A DNA stretch of 64,000 bases from Shigella phage ESh17: sequence record ON528727; one strand, 5' to 3'. The position numbers and the translations under genes were made by a program. Positions 19,231-30,252 of the stretch are shown here, piece by piece. Each line of letters begins with the position of its first letter. Position 1 is the first letter of the stretch. Under the pieces are notes generated by a model. It had not been told where the DNA came from, did not search any database, and saw only the letters and a program-made list of their open reading frames with translations.

Positions 19231-19310
19231 TGAGTAATTTCCATAATGAACATGTGATGCAGTTCTATCGTAACAATCTTAAAACCAAAGGCGTCTTCGG
19301 ACGCCAGTGA
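19230..19310 (+). CDS. stp: Stp peptide (26 aa)
   Basis: [26 protein letters not shown] matches remembered T4 Stp. Confidence 0.8.
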
Positions 19311-19317
19311 GGAAAAT

Positions 19318-19476
19318 ATGAATATCGCAAAATTATTAGGAGTTATTTCATTTATTTGTTGGATAGTAGCATGTGTTTTAACTATCTGTATCGATGCTAG
19401 CAGTGTGTTTTCACAAGCTTTAGCCCAGGGTATGTGTGCATATTTAACATTTGTGTTGTTATCTACTAATGATTAA
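19318..19476 (+). CDS. small membrane protein, Ac-like (52 aa)
   Basis: Hydrophobic 52-aa ORF at the T4 ac position. Confidence 0.5.
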   Translation: MNIAKLLGVISFICWIVACVLTICIDASSVFSQALAQGMCAYLTFVLLSTND

Positions 19477-19609
19477 GAAAATCTTGGGCTATTCATTAGC
19501 CCTTGCTACTTTATTGGTAGCACTATATTACGGAGTAATGTTCGGATTAATTCAAGTCGTGCTTTTCATTTCTGATGTTATTATGGCACTACATTCACTA
19601 GTATGGTAA
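19469..19609 (+). CDS. small transmembrane peptide (46 aa)
   Basis: Manual translation MIKKILGYSLALATLLVALYYGVMFGLIQ... Confidence 0.35.
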   Translation: MIKKILGYSLALATLLVALYYGVMFGLIQVVLFISDVIMALHSLVW

Positions 19610-19613
19610 ATTT

Positions 19614-20942
19614 ATGCAACTGAATAATCGCGATTTAAAAAGTATCATTGATAATGAAGCATTGGCTTATGCTATGTACACGGTTGAAAATCGTGCTATC
19701 CCAAATATGATTGATGGATTTAAGCCAGTTCAACGATTTGTTATTGCTCGAGCTCTTGATTTGGCGCGAGGAAATAAAGATAAGTTTCACAAACTTGCTT
19801 CTATTGCAGGTGGTGTAGCAGACCTTGGATATCATCATGGTGAAAACTCTGCGCAAGACGCAGGTGCTTTGATGGCTAACACTTGGAATAATAACTTTCC
19901 TCTGTTAGATGGTCAAGGAAATTTCGGTTCTCGTACCGTTCAAAAAGCAGCAGCAAGTCGTTATATTTTTGCTCGTGTAAGTAAAAATTTCTATAACGTA
20001 TATAAAGATACTGAATATGCTCCGGTACATCAAGATAAAGAACACATTCCGCCTGCTTTCTATTTGCCTATTATTCCTACTGTTCTTCTTAATGGTGTTT
20101 CCGGTATTGCAACTGGTTATGCAACTTACATTCTTCCTCATAGTGTTTCTTCTGTCAAGAAAGCTGTACTACAAGCTCTTCAAGGAAAGAAAGTAACTAA
20201 ACCGAAGGTAGAATTCCCAGAATTTCGTGGTGAAGTCGTTGAGATTGACGGTCAATATGAAATTCGTGGAACATATAAGTTTACTTCACGAACTCAAATG
20301 CATATCACTGAGATTCCGTATAAGTATGATCGTGAAACTTATGTGAGTAAAATCTTAGACCCACTTGAAGATAAAGGCTTCATTACATGGGATGATGCTT
20401 GCGGTGAGCATGGTTTTGGATTCAAAGTTAAATTCCGTAAAGAATATTCTTTGAGCGATAATGAAGAAGAACGCCATGCAAAAATTATGAAAGACTTCGG
20501 GTTGATTGAGCGTCGTTCTCAGAATATTACCGTCATTAATGAGAAAGGAAAGCTGCAAGTTTATGATAACGTAGTCGATTTAATTAAAGACTTTGTTGAA
20601 GTTCGTAAAACTTATGTCCAAAAACGAATTGATAACAAAATTAAAGAAACTGAATCAGCTTTTCGTTTAGCCTTTGCCAAGGCACATTTCATTAAGAAAG
20701 TAATTTCAGGTGAAATTGTTGTACAGGGTAAAACTCGTAAAGAACTGACCGAAGAACTTTCGAAAATCGATATGTATTCTTCTTATGTTGATAAACTAGT
20801 TGGAATGAATATTTTTCATATGACTTCCGACGAAGCAAAGAAACTTGCTGAAGAAGCTAAAGCTAAAAAAGAAGAAAACGAATATTGGAAAACTACTGAT
20901 GTAGTTACCGAATACACCAAAGATTTAGAGGAAATCAAATGA
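19614..20942 (+). CDS. 52: DNA topoisomerase II medium subunit (gp52)
   Basis: 442 aa; GyrA-like; matches T4 gp52 size and position. Confidence 0.9.
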   Translation: MQLNNRDLKSIIDNEALAYAMYTVENRAIPNMIDGFKPVQRFVIARALDLARGNKDKFHKLASIAGGVADLGYHHGENSAQDAGALMANTWNNNFPLLDGQGNFGSRTVQKAAASRYIFARVSKNFYNVYKDTEYAPVHQDKEHIPPAFYLPIIPTVLLNGVSGIATGYATYILPHSVSSVKKAVLQALQGKKVTKPKVEFPEFRGEVVEIDGQYEIRGTYKFTSRTQMHITEIPYKYDRETYVSKILDPLEDKGFITWDDACGEHGFGFKVKFRKEYSLSDNEEERHAKIMKDFGLIERRSQNITVINEKGKLQVYDNVVDLIKDFVEVRKTYVQKRIDNKIKETESAFRLAFAKAHFIKKVISGEIVVQGKTRKELTEELSKIDMYSSYVDKLVGMNIFHMTSDEAKKLAEEAKAKKEENEYWKTTDVVTEYTKDLEEIK

Positions 20943-21088
20943 GTCCATTCATTGGTATCACAAGCGCTGCATTAGTATCTGGTAGCATTTTACTGGCGGG
21001 TTTAGGCGTTGTCCCAGCCGTAGCAGGAGGTCTTCTTGCGTTCGGAATTCAACGTGTTATCATGACAGTTATCACAGTCATGCAGTAA
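20939..21088 (+). CDS. small transmembrane peptide (49 aa)
   Basis: Manual translation MSPFIGITSAALVSGSILLAGLGVVPAVAGG... Confidence 0.4.
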   Translation: MSPFIGITSAALVSGSILLAGLGVVPAVAGGLLAFGIQRVIMTVITVMQ

Positions 21089-21093
21089 TTTTA

Positions 21094-21119
21094 GGGAGAG
21101 CCGAGGCTCTCCCTTTTTT
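21094..21119 (+). terminator. intrinsic terminator
   Basis: gggagagccgaggctctccc + tttttt. Confidence 0.75.
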
Positions 21120-21143
21120 ATTTTAAAAATTTTTCACAAAACG

Positions 21144-21173
21144 GTTTACAACCAAAGCATACTGTGGTACTAT
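21144..21173 (+). promoter_or_regulatory. T4 early-type promoter (repeated cassette)
   Basis: gtttac 21144-21149, tactat 21168-21173. Confidence 0.6.
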
Positions 21174-21214
21174 ACAACTATCAACTACTGATACAGAATT
21201 ACGGAGATTAGAAA

Positions 21215-21850
21215 ATGTCTAAAGTAACTTACATCATCAAAGCTTCTAACGATGTTCTGAATGAAAAAACTGCTGCGATTTTAATTACCATTGCTAAGAA
21301 AGATTTCATTACAGCTGCAGAAGTTCGTGAGGTGCATCCAGATTTAGGTAACGCAGTAGTTAATAGTAATATTGGGGTATTGATTAAAAAAGGCCTGGTG
21401 GAGAAATCTGGTGATGGATTAATCATTACTGGTGAAGCTCAGGATATTATTTCAAATGCGGCAACTTTATATGCACAGGAAAATGCTCCTGAACTACTGA
21501 AAAAACGAGCGACTCGTAAAGCTCGTGAGATTACTTCCGATATGGAAGAAGATAAAGACTTCATGTTAAATCTTTTAGATGAAAATGGATTTGTTCTTAA
21601 AAAGGTTGAAACTTACCGCAGTAACTATCTTGCTATTTTAGAAAAACGCGCTCACGGAATTCGCAATTTTGAAATTAATAACAACGGAAATATGCGAATT
21701 TTTGGATACAAAATGATGGAACATCATATTCAGAAATTTACTGACATCGGAATGTCATGTAAAATCGCTAAAAACGGTAATGTGTATCTTGACATTAAAC
21801 GCTCAGTAGAAAACATTGAAGCAGTAATCACTGTAGCATCTGAACTGTGA
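21215..21850 (+). CDS. motA: middle-transcription activator MotA
   Basis: 211 aa; matches remembered T4 MotA. Confidence 0.9.
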   Translation: MSKVTYIIKASNDVLNEKTAAILITIAKKDFITAAEVREVHPDLGNAVVNSNIGVLIKKGLVEKSGDGLIITGEAQDIISNAATLYAQENAPELLKKRATRKAREITSDMEEDKDFMLNLLDENGFVLKKVETYRSNYLAILEKRAHGIRNFEINNNGNMRIFGYKMMEHHIQKFTDIGMSCKIAKNGNVYLDIKRSVENIEAVITVASEL

Positions 21851-21860
21851 GGAATAAATA

Positions 21861-22190
21861 ATGAACAAGTTAGAAATTGTTAATGAACTTCGTCGTTGCG
21901 CAGAACCTACTCAAGAGGGTTGGGATATTTGGTACCACGGAGCTTATCTTGGAACTATCGTAAAGATTAAGACTGGTAAATACATGATTATTCGTGAAAG
22001 TAAAGATGCTCCAGTAGGTATTCGCAATAATTTTATGGCAGCGATAAGTTCATTTACGGATGCAGCTTACGAAATTTACCTTGCCGATTATAAAGAATTC
22101 CAGGAATCTCAACCAGTTATTCGTTCAATTGGTGTTAACAGAGCTCAACAGAAAACTTTGTGGCAGCGTATTAAAGGATGGTTTAAATGA
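21861..22190 (+). CDS. hypothetical protein (109 aa)
   Basis: ORF track. Confidence 0.5.
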   Translation: MNKLEIVNELRRCAEPTQEGWDIWYHGAYLGTIVKIKTGKYMIIRESKDAPVGIRNNFMAAISSFTDAAYEIYLADYKEFQESQPVIRSIGVNRAQQKTLWQRIKGWFK

Positions 22191-22648
22191 ACCCATTTAT
22201 TAATCGTTTAAAAATGCTGAATGTGCCTTTATCTCGTGAGACTCCAGAAAGTCTTGTTGAAAAATTTAAAGCGCATGGTTATAAATGCACAGAAGAAGAT
22301 ATTCTGAAAGAAGTTCCTGAAATCTGTTGGCAGACTGCGTACTGGGATGAAAACCAAAAGTATCAACGACGAATTGTCTGTGCAGCTAATCGTTTTAAAT
22401 TAAAAGATGGACGAACTCTTATTATTCCAGGTGCTCGTCATTATTCTAAAGATATGGCAGAAGTTTTAGATGTAGTTAAACCTCAATTAGTTACTCAACA
22501 AGTTTGTGATGATGACCAAGGGTTTATTGACCAATATAGTAATTATTGGACACGTGAAGAAGCAATGATTATTGCAACTTACGCTGGACAAGTACGTATT
22601 GAACGTGGTGGTAGTGAAAAAGAACTTTATTCTGAGGACCTTTACTAA
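22187..22648 (+). CDS. hypothetical protein (153 aa)
   Basis: ORF track; ATGA coupling. Confidence 0.5.
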   Translation: MNPFINRLKMLNVPLSRETPESLVEKFKAHGYKCTEEDILKEVPEICWQTAYWDENQKYQRRIVCAANRFKLKDGRTLIIPGARHYSKDMAEVLDVVKPQLVTQQVCDDDQGFIDQYSNYWTREEAMIIATYAGQVRIERGGSEKELYSEDLY

Positions 22649-22944
22649 TGAATATTAAACAGTTTCAAATTGATGGAATTATGAATCAAATCCAGGCACT
22701 GGAATATGCCAATAAAATGATGTCAACTAATTGGGGAATTTATACCAATGAGCCGGCATTTCAGTTCTGTAATATTGAATTCACTAAAAAGCTCGTAGGA
22801 AAAGATTATGTATGTCCATTTAGTTCTCCAGTAAATGGAATGTTAAAACCTGCTTTACGCGATCTTTATATTGCGATGAACGAAGAGATGATAAAAGAAT
22901 TAAAACGTCAACTGAAGGTGATTCAATTTGGCCAGGGAAATTAA
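22648..22944 (+). CDS. hypothetical protein (98 aa)
   Basis: ORF track. Confidence 0.5.
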   Translation: MNIKQFQIDGIMNQIQALEYANKMMSTNWGIYTNEPAFQFCNIEFTKKLVGKDYVCPFSSPVNGMLKPALRDLYIAMNEEMIKELKRQLKVIQFGQGN

Positions 22945-23228
22945 TTCAAAATCCGATTATTTTAATTCTCTCAATGATAAAGATAAAAATCTAATACGGC
23001 ATTTTATCGTTGAGATGGGATATACCGATACACGTGATTTAAGAGAACATATATTTGAATGTGGTGTAGCTAAAAGTTTTCATTCACATGCAAATGTTTG
23101 AGAGAGGTAATTCAGCACTATGAACAATTTAGTCGCAAAACATAATTTTAATAAAGCTTCTGTTCATAAGGATAAGAAGAAAGCGTTTAAAGAATCTAAT
23201 CGCAAACAGAAACATAAGGGGAAGGTCT

Positions 23229-23507
23229 ATGATTATTGATTCTCAGTCTGTGGTTCAATACACAATCAAAATTGATATTCTAGAAAAGCTATATAAGTTT
23301 CTACCAAACCTATACCATTCAATTGTTAATGAATTAGTTGAAGAACTACATCTTGAGAATAATGATTTCTTGATTGGAACTTATAAAGACCTCTCAAAAG
23401 CAGGATATTTCTACGTAATTCCAGCTCCAGGAAAAAGTATTGATGATGTATTAAAAACTATAATGATTTACGTCCATGATTATGAAATTGAAGATTATTT
23501 CGAATGA
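23229..23507 (+). CDS. arn: anti-restriction nuclease Arn (McrBC inhibitor)
   Basis: 92 aa; size and position as T4 Arn. Confidence 0.8.
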   Translation: MIIDSQSVVQYTIKIDILEKLYKFLPNLYHSIVNELVEELHLENNDFLIGTYKDLSKAGYFYVIPAPGKSIDDVLKTIMIYVHDYEIEDYFE

Positions 23508-23656
23508 GTCATAATCTTGAAAAAGTAATCGAGCATAATGTAGCTCAGGAACGTAAGTCGTTCAAGGAATTCGTAGAAAAAATTTTTGAAGAAAATAACA
23601 CAGACCAGTTTACAAATCAAGCGTCTGATGATATTATAACAAAGTCAACTAATTGA
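23504..23656 (+). CDS. hypothetical small protein (50 aa)
   Basis: Manual translation MSHNLEKVIEHNVAQERKSFKEF... Confidence 0.4.
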   Translation: MSHNLEKVIEHNVAQERKSFKEFVEKIFEENNTDQFTNQASDDIITKSTN

Positions 23657-23668
23657 GTGGTATAGTTA

Positions 23669-23941
23669 ATGAATAAAAACATTGATACAGTTCGTGAAAT
23701 TATTACCGTTGCGTCTATTTTGATTAAATTTTCCAGAGAAGATATTGTTGAGAATCGTGCTAATTTTATTGCATTTCTGAATGAGATTGGAGTAACGCAT
23801 GAAGGTAGAAAATTAAATCAGAATTCATTCCGTAAAATTGTTTCTGAATTAACTCAAGAAGATAAGAAAATCCTCATCGACGAATTCAACGAGGGTTTTG
23901 AGGGTGTATATCGATATCTAGAGATGTATACGAACAAATAA
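23669..23941 (+). CDS. asiA: anti-sigma70 factor AsiA
   Basis: 90 aa; matches remembered T4 AsiA. Confidence 0.9.
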   Translation: MNKNIDTVREIITVASILIKFSREDIVENRANFIAFLNEIGVTHEGRKLNQNSFRKIVSELTQEDKKILIDEFNEGFEGVYRYLEMYTNK

Positions 23942-24598
23942 TTATTTAGCCCTTCCTAATATTCTGGCCGCCTGAGCGCATATTGATTCAAGGCGGTCAT
24001 TACTTATATGATCATTTCTATACCAGTACATGGTTATCGTTCCAGCATAGATATTATCCAAATTAAAATATGGACAACTGTACATGTAGTTTATTTCGGG
24101 AGTAGGCTTTTTAGTTGGTAAAAAAGCAAATTTTGAGTCAGAATAATAATGACGTCCATTTAAATGAACTATATATTCATCCATAGTTTTATCAACAGGA
24201 TATCCTCCAAGTGATTTTTCAGTTATTGTTGAAGGTAATCTTCCTTCGTATGCTATAATATCAACAAAATAGTTTAAGTTTTTAGGGCGGAAAGAATACA
24301 CCGCACTAAAGTCTGCCTCAGATGATATATGAACTATCTGGAGTTGTTCCAGGGCGACAGATTCAAAGCGTGCATTTCTTTCCTTTTCAATAATTTCACT
24401 GTATGTTTCATACTTTGATTGCTTATAGTACTCAAAGAAACTATCTCCCCTATACCAAACAATCGCCATCATAAATAAAAGAATTACGACAGCTACCCGG
24501 GAAGCAAGAACTTTCCCGGTAGCGTTATCTTTGAACAAGCGATCTAGAACACCAAACAGAATATCAGAGGGCGAAAATGATATTCTAGGTGCTGCCAT
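23942..24598 (-). CDS. t: holin T
   Basis: 218 aa; N-terminal TM segment; matches T4 holin size and position. Confidence 0.9.
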   Translation of the reverse strand: MAAPRISFSPSDILFGVLDRLFKDNATGKVLASRVAVVILLFMMAIVWYRGDSFFEYYKQSKYETYSEIIEKERNARFESVALEQLQIVHISSEADFSAVYSFRPKNLNYFVDIIAYEGRLPSTITEKSLGGYPVDKTMDEYIVHLNGRHYYSDSKFAFLPTKKPTPEINYMYSCPYFNLDNIYAGTITMYWYRNDHISNDRLESICAQAARILGRAK

Positions 24599-24615
24599 AG
24601 ACCCTCCTTTTAAGA

Positions 24616-24623
24616 TATTTATA
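24616..24623 (-). promoter_or_regulatory. late promoter TATAAATA for t
   Basis: tatttata on plus strand overlapping gene 38 stop codon. Confidence 0.55.
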
Positions 24624-25170
24624 CGTAATGCTTGAATAAACGCTTATACCAAGGTTTCCGTTCTTTTTCAGGCCATGAAGGGAATTCACCACCTAAATGC
24701 TCATGCTTTTCTAAAAGAGCAAAGAACCGCTTAAGGTTTTTATAATAGAATTTTTCCTTTTTATTCGCGACAGAAGCTTCAATCATATTATTTAAAACTT
24801 GGAATTCTTTGTATAATTCTTCAATTTTTCTATTGCGAATTAAAACGCGTTTATATGTTTCGTCTTCTTTCCAACCGTCATCAGTCCATATATCAAATTC
24901 GCCGGGCTCATCAAAGGTTATACCAACCGGGCTTCCAATGTCACTTATAAAAATTTCTTCTTTATTAAAAGTCCATGCTCGTTTGCCGCGATGGTCTTCT
25001 TCATAAATCCAATCTTGAGTACGTTCATCAAATACAACTGCGTATCCTTCTTTAGGTTCTAAAGGTTTTTTAATTGTTGAATGAGCAGGAAGACCGAGTC
25101 CTTTAACCGGTTTGTAATTTTCTTCTTTGTAAAATTCTTTAGTGTCAAAATAATAATGATATATTTTCAT
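24619..25170 (-). CDS. 38: gp38 tail-fibre assembly chaperone (T4 type)
   Basis: 183 aa, T4-type gp38 length, directly downstream of gene 37. Confidence 0.85.
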   Translation of the reverse strand: MKIYHYYFDTKEFYKEENYKPVKGLGLPAHSTIKKPLEPKEGYAVVFDERTQDWIYEEDHRGKRAWTFNKEEIFISDIGSPVGITFDEPGEFDIWTDDGWKEDETYKRVLIRNRKIEELYKEFQVLNNMIEASVANKKEKFYYKNLKRFFALLEKHEHLGGEFPSWPEKERKPWYKRLFKHYV

Positions 25171-25197
25171 ATTCAGAAGGGGCCGAAGCCCCTCTCC

Positions 25198-28100
25198 TTA
25201 TGCTAAACGAACGATATAGTTAAAAGCGATGTTTTTAACCGTGTTTTCTGTATTACCTGTACTATTTACAGTGATAGTATGACCATGCGAGCCAATTGCT
25301 ACCGTGTGGGTATGAGCACCGATACCTACAGTATGGGTATGAGCACCAATACCTACTGTGTGAGCATGGTTACCTGTAGTGCTTGTAGTACCAGACCAAG
25401 TATGGGTATGAGCACCGTCTGAAGAAGTTTTGGCTATATTCGACCCTGCAGTAGCACCGCTCACAGATCCGGTGATTTTAGCGTTGGCGTTTGCACCTAC
25501 ACTATTATATCCGTCATAGAATATGTTATTGGGTATGCCGGCTTGTAACTGAGGACCTGAGCGCGCATGTTGGTGTGCACCAGCAGAACTCGTAGTACCG
25601 CTTACAGTATGAGAGTGGTTACCTGTGGTATTGCTAGTCTTAGTGCCATAGTCAAAGCTACTTGTCGTCTTAGTACCATAATCAAAACTCGACGTAGTTT
25701 TAGTACCCAAGTCAGTACTTGAAGCCGATGCACTATGGCTATGAGCCTTAACACCATCGGCTTCTGCGCTTAATACAGCTCGACCACTTGGTTTACCTTT
25801 AATAGTTTGCCCGCGCATATCTGGAATTACGCCAGATGGGTAAGCCATAGCCAATTTTGGGTATGCAGACTTATCAAAAGTCTGGCCTTCCATAATAGCG
25901 TAACCGTCAGGAGGAGTATCCGTTGGCCATGGAATAGGAGCACCGATTGGGTAACTCGATACAATATCGGTTTTAAGTGATTCAATTGTACTGTTTAAAT
26001 TAGCAAAATTGCCAGAACCACCTGTAATATTGCCGTCTGTACCTAAATAAACTGAACCCCCAGCAGAAACACGCTTAGGAGATATAAAATCACCATTTTT
26101 GGTAAATTCCCAACCTAAATCCTTTATAATAGCGCCAGTCGAACCGCCATCGCCGCCTTCATGATAATGAACTCTGAAGTTACCGCCGTTAATTAGAGTT
26201 CCCAGAGAATAACAACTGTTTCCTTGGACATATCGCTGTTTCAAAATAGGAACGTAAGTACTTGTATCTGTGCGATTAATATTCATATAGAATGGAGCAC
26301 GAACGTTTTCATTATTTTGTGAAGCAAAAGACCCTGCACCAGCCGGGCGAACTGTGTCAGTACATTCAGCATCAATATAAGCTGCTTGTCCTACCTGCAT
26401 ACGGTAATTAGGAGAAATGCGACTATTACTAGTAACAACAACAAGTTTGGTATCGTTGTCCACAGTAATCATATTACCGCCAGCGCCATCATCGCCTAAC
26501 GTAACAGAATGGCGCATTTGTACCATACCATTATTAAGACTAATACTAAGTGGGCGGAGATTACTTATTCCACCACTTTCACCGGCATCTTTAGGAGTCG
26601 GGATAATATGTAATGCTGTTTCTGAGCGACGGAAAATAGCACCGTATTCGGCATTCCAAATTCTTAATGCATCAGCAGTTCCACCGAATTTAGCTTGTCC
26701 GTTTACTGACATGCCATTATTAACACTCAAAGAAGATTCGGTTGTAATAGAACCAGAAGCAACAATACTACCTGAAGTTAATAAACCACCATTAACTCGG
26801 AGTTGAATAGGCCCGACAGTCGAACCAGGCGCAGGAGCTACACGTTGAGAATAAAAATGGTAACCTTGCCCATCACCTACCTCAAAAACTGTTTCACGGG
26901 AACGATCGCCAGATGCGTTAAATGAATTACCCCACGCTTTAACAGTTACATAGCTTTTATTCTGCCCAGCACGAGTACCGCCTTCCCACAAAATTTGCTT
27001 AGTACCATCAATTGTAGTAGTTGGAGCGAATGTTAGCCCAGCAGTAGAATTATTAGCTGCTAAATATATGCCATTATATATTGAAAGCTGCTTAACAGAT
27101 GTAATACCGCCATCAGCATAAAACATTACATTATTAGAGCCAGTTACCAATTTCAAAATACCCGGATTAACTTCCATACCTTTCCGAGTATTAATATTAG
27201 TTTTGCCTTTACCACGGAAATAGTGGTTCATTTTTCCGCCTGAGTTATAGCCAATATGCGTCTGGCCGTCTCCAGCAGCGTTTTCATCAGCCTGTGTTTG
27301 AACTGATAAAAATGCAGCGTTCGTTCCAGGCATAATCCATGTGGTGCCTTGGTCTTCTGAACGTCCAAATAATGCTTTACGAGTACTACGGAAACTGTCA
27401 GGAGTAATAGATGCAACAGACAATCCGGAACCAACTAAATCATAAACACCGGTTTTTTGATAGCGTAAACCAGTCCCGTTATCACCTAGAGCCAAATAAG
27501 CACCGAATCCTAATGCGCCACCATTACCATAATCGCTCGATGGAAAATCAGTAGTCATAGTGCCTAATGCAAGACTATTGCGGACAATCATCCGACCGTC
27601 ATTACGAATACCAAATTGTTTTGAAATAGGAGTAGAACCGGTCCACCAAGACATTTCATCAGCTTGGCCTGATTGAGCAGTACAAAGCTCATGCCATATG
27701 GTACCGCCTGATTTAGCGCGAACTTTACGAAGATAGTTTACTCCGTTAGTTTCACCGGTGCCTGGGTATACGTAGTTAACTAATGAATCCGTATCATATA
27801 CACCAAAGGCTTTGCCACCGTGAATAACTGTATCAGCTGCAATGCGTTTTGTTACTAACGAATCTGATGCTAAAATACGATTGGCTTGAAATTCACCGCC
27901 GTTTATAGAACGGAAATAGAATTCGCTATTAATGGTGCTTCCTGTTCCTTGTCTAACCCTAAGGCGTATTTCACCGTCAGTTGTAGTTTGAGGACGAGCA
28001 TATATAACGCCTCGTTCAGTGCCATCGGCATTTTCAAACCATAAATGGGCATTTGAGGCATCATTTGATGCTCTTGTATAAAACGAACCTTGCAATGCTC

Positions 28101-28392
28101 TAAAAACTTGAGCTGAAATACTACTACCAGCGGTAATCTGGCCACTTGTGGAAAAATTTCCAAAATTGTTTATTGGTCCATTGACGCGTAAAGTTCCATC
28201 AATAGTTACATTTCCACTGATATTACCGCCAGCGGAAATGCTTAAATCAATGATATTTCCTGAATCATCTTTAGTAAAAATTGTTCTATCTTTTAAGTTT
28301 ATAGCCAATTCACCTTCGGCTAATACTGAAGCAGCAGGACGTGCACCTGCGGTTTTGCTTCTTTTAAATTGTATTTGTTTTAAAGTAGCCAT
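25198..28392 (-). CDS. 37: gp37 long tail fibre distal subunit (receptor-binding)
   Basis: 1064 aa; His-box GxHxH repeats at C-terminus; T4 gp37-like N-terminus. Confidence 0.9.
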   Translation of the reverse strand: MATLKQIQFKRSKTAGARPAASVLAEGELAINLKDRTIFTKDDSGNIIDLSISAGGNISGNVTIDGTLRVNGPINNFGNFSTSGQITAGSSISAQVFRALQGSFYTRASNDASNAHLWFENADGTERGVIYARPQTTTDGEIRLRVRQGTGSTINSEFYFRSINGGEFQANRILASDSLVTKRIAADTVIHGGKAFGVYDTDSLVNYVYPGTGETNGVNYLRKVRAKSGGTIWHELCTAQSGQADEMSWWTGSTPISKQFGIRNDGRMIVRNSLALGTMTTDFPSSDYGNGGALGFGAYLALGDNGTGLRYQKTGVYDLVGSGLSVASITPDSFRSTRKALFGRSEDQGTTWIMPGTNAAFLSVQTQADENAAGDGQTHIGYNSGGKMNHYFRGKGKTNINTRKGMEVNPGILKLVTGSNNVMFYADGGITSVKQLSIYNGIYLAANNSTAGLTFAPTTTIDGTKQILWEGGTRAGQNKSYVTVKAWGNSFNASGDRSRETVFEVGDGQGYHFYSQRVAPAPGSTVGPIQLRVNGGLLTSGSIVASGSITTESSLSVNNGMSVNGQAKFGGTADALRIWNAEYGAIFRRSETALHIIPTPKDAGESGGISNLRPLSISLNNGMVQMRHSVTLGDDGAGGNMITVDNDTKLVVVTSNSRISPNYRMQVGQAAYIDAECTDTVRPAGAGSFASQNNENVRAPFYMNINRTDTSTYVPILKQRYVQGNSCYSLGTLINGGNFRVHYHEGGDGGSTGAIIKDLGWEFTKNGDFISPKRVSAGGSVYLGTDGNITGGSGNFANLNSTIESLKTDIVSSYPIGAPIPWPTDTPPDGYAIMEGQTFDKSAYPKLAMAYPSGVIPDMRGQTIKGKPSGRAVLSAEADGVKAHSHSASASSTDLGTKTTSSFDYGTKTTSSFDYGTKTSNTTGNHSHTVSGTTSSAGAHQHARSGPQLQAGIPNNIFYDGYNSVGANANAKITGSVSGATAGSNIAKTSSDGAHTHTWSGTTSTTGNHAHTVGIGAHTHTVGIGAHTHTVAIGSHGHTITVNSTGNTENTVKNIAFNYIVRLA
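25277..25369 (-). repeat. 27-nt tandem repeats encoding GIGAHTHTV units in gp37 tip
   Basis: gtgtgggtatgagcaccgatacctaca repeated about 3 times. Confidence 0.7.
25638..25727 (-). repeat. 30-nt tandem repeats encoding [10 protein letters not shown] units in gp37
   Basis: Three consecutive 30-nt units with high identity. Confidence 0.7.
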
Positions 28393-28400
28393 AAGTCCTC

Positions 28401-29066
28401 TTAATAATAGCCGAAATCTTGAACAGAATCCTTAATTACGATTTGGTCAAATCGTGGAACGTGTGAAGGTTGAGATGCAGGATTCTGCGAGAAAAAGTTT
28501 GGCGCTGTTAAATTACCTATCATGGTGTCACCAGACCGTAGCACCCTAGAGTTTGCATTTGCCGTAACAGTATTTATTGCTCCATCAACATAGTCCTTTC
28601 TAGTAAGGTCATTCGCTGCTATAGGAGCAGCCGCATCACTTCTTACTTGACCTGCTGCCGACACAACGCCTTTTGTACTAATATCACCATTACGTGCATT
28701 AATTACAACAGTTCGAGCTGCTGAACCTTGTGATGATTTAAAACCAATACCATTCCACGAAACAATATCGATATTTGCTACAGCAAAAGTAGCATTATCA
28801 CCGTTACCTGGATAAACACCGCATGGGTTTGTGTTGTTTACAGCATACGGAACTTGAACACCAGCATTAAATGTTACCTTTGATGCATAAGTACCACCAT
28901 TAGCTTTAGAAACGAAATCGTTATCAACAGCTTGTGGTTTATTGTATTCTGAATATATTTTAAATGATTTATAGAGTACATCGTCACCGGCTGGATTCAA
29001 TGGAAAATTTCCTTGATGCCAAATGACAGAGCCTCCAGTTGTTGAACCTACTTTTAAATCAGCCAT
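28401..29066 (-). CDS. 36: gp36 long tail fibre hinge subunit
   Basis: 221 aa; T4 gp36 size and position. Confidence 0.9.
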   Translation of the reverse strand: MADLKVGSTTGGSVIWHQGNFPLNPAGDDVLYKSFKIYSEYNKPQAVDNDFVSKANGGTYASKVTFNAGVQVPYAVNNTNPCGVYPGNGDNATFAVANIDIVSWNGIGFKSSQGSAARTVVINARNGDISTKGVVSAAGQVRSDAAAPIAANDLTRKDYVDGAINTVTANANSRVLRSGDTMIGNLTAPNFFSQNPASQPSHVPRFDQIVIKDSVQDFGYY

Positions 29067-29089
29067 TGTATGCCCCTTTATTTTAATAG

Positions 29090-29097
29090 TATTTATA
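29090..29097 (-). promoter_or_regulatory. late promoter TATAAATA for gene 36
   Basis: tatttata on plus strand 23 nt upstream of the gene 36 ATG. Confidence 0.55.
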
Positions 29098-29128
29098 AAG
29101 AAAAAGGGAACCCGAAGGCTCCCTCAAT

Positions 29129-30244
29129 TTAAACTTCTCTAAATTCTTGCCCAAACACTTTACCAGTTTTAGACGATGCTTGCGTAGGAAGTACCATTAT
29201 ATCCGGAGGTGAAGCAGATTCACAGATATAATTAACACGAATGCCATTGACGCCAAATTCAGCAGGTTTCGAAATACCTCCATTTCTTGACACTTCAGAA
29301 AAGCTTAAATTTCTCATGCCACCTTGACCAGCTTGCGCAGTTCTCTGTGCATATATCGTAAATCCGACAGCGTTTTCTGGAACAACCACATAATCTTCTT
29401 TTAATTCCCAAGAACCAGCTTGCCCGGTAAACTCAGCTTGTGTCGAGGAAATATATCCATTCGATGCGTTATAAAAACGGATAGATATATTTGTAGTTCC
29501 AAGCGCAAGTAAATCGGCATCAGCATATAACTGTGCTTTGAGATAAAGAACATCGCCAGGAATTAAATTATAGTCAGATAATTTACTTATGGCAGCTGAA
29601 GTTGGTAGACGTGCAATTTCGTTATTAGTTCCTCCAACCGCCGACATAAATTGCTCAACGCTTTCGTATGTTCTTTTAGGAAATCCTGTGGCTCCAACGT
29701 CCTCTAAACTGTCAAATACAACATCTAAAATAGTTTGATAATCATCTGTGCTTTTTCTATTACTTAGTTTAACATGTTCTAATGCAATAGCTCTTTTAGA
29801 AGAAGTATAAAAGGCAGCATATGATACGTCAAATCTTGACAATAAAGAATCAGATGGAAAAGCAGACGTTCCTGCGGTTCTTAACCAAGATACTACTTCA
29901 GGAGGAAAATTAACCTTTCCGCTAGTTAATATAGCAACAAGTCTATTATTCGCCAAAGAATTCATGAAACTAACAAAAGCAGCTGATGTAGTATCATTTG
30001 AAGTAGAAAAAGCATATGACTTACTATCAACTAATGCTCCGGTGGAAGGGTCAAAAACTCTTAGATGAAGACCTGCGCTAAATGTTTGACTTCCAACAGG
30101 ATTATCTTGAAATTTAACGTATGGTCCTGCAGTAGAAAGCGGGCAAGAACCCGCTATACTTATTTTGTATCTTACTGAATTACTTTCCGATAAAAATGGC
30201 GTTTGGACATATCCTTGTCCAAACTCTGCCATAAATTTTTCCAT
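29129..30244 (-). CDS. 35: gp35 long tail fibre hinge connector
   Basis: 371 aa; T4 gp35 size and position. Confidence 0.9.
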   Translation of the reverse strand: MEKFMAEFGQGYVQTPFLSESNSVRYKISIAGSCPLSTAGPYVKFQDNPVGSQTFSAGLHLRVFDPSTGALVDSKSYAFSTSNDTTSAAFVSFMNSLANNRLVAILTSGKVNFPPEVVSWLRTAGTSAFPSDSLLSRFDVSYAAFYTSSKRAIALEHVKLSNRKSTDDYQTILDVVFDSLEDVGATGFPKRTYESVEQFMSAVGGTNNEIARLPTSAAISKLSDYNLIPGDVLYLKAQLYADADLLALGTTNISIRFYNASNGYISSTQAEFTGQAGSWELKEDYVVVPENAVGFTIYAQRTAQAGQGGMRNLSFSEVSRNGGISKPAEFGVNGIRVNYICESASPPDIMVLPTQASSKTGKVFGQEFREV

Positions 30245-30252
30245 AATACCTC

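Noticed and set aside
25277-25727. Possible CRISPR-like repeat array
   Set aside because: Repeats are in-frame coding tandem repeats within gp37, contiguous without spacers.
26417-26806. 129-aa plus-strand ORF inside gene 37
   Set aside because: Embedded antisense in the tail-fibre gene; Pro/Leu-rich translation typical of an antisense frame.
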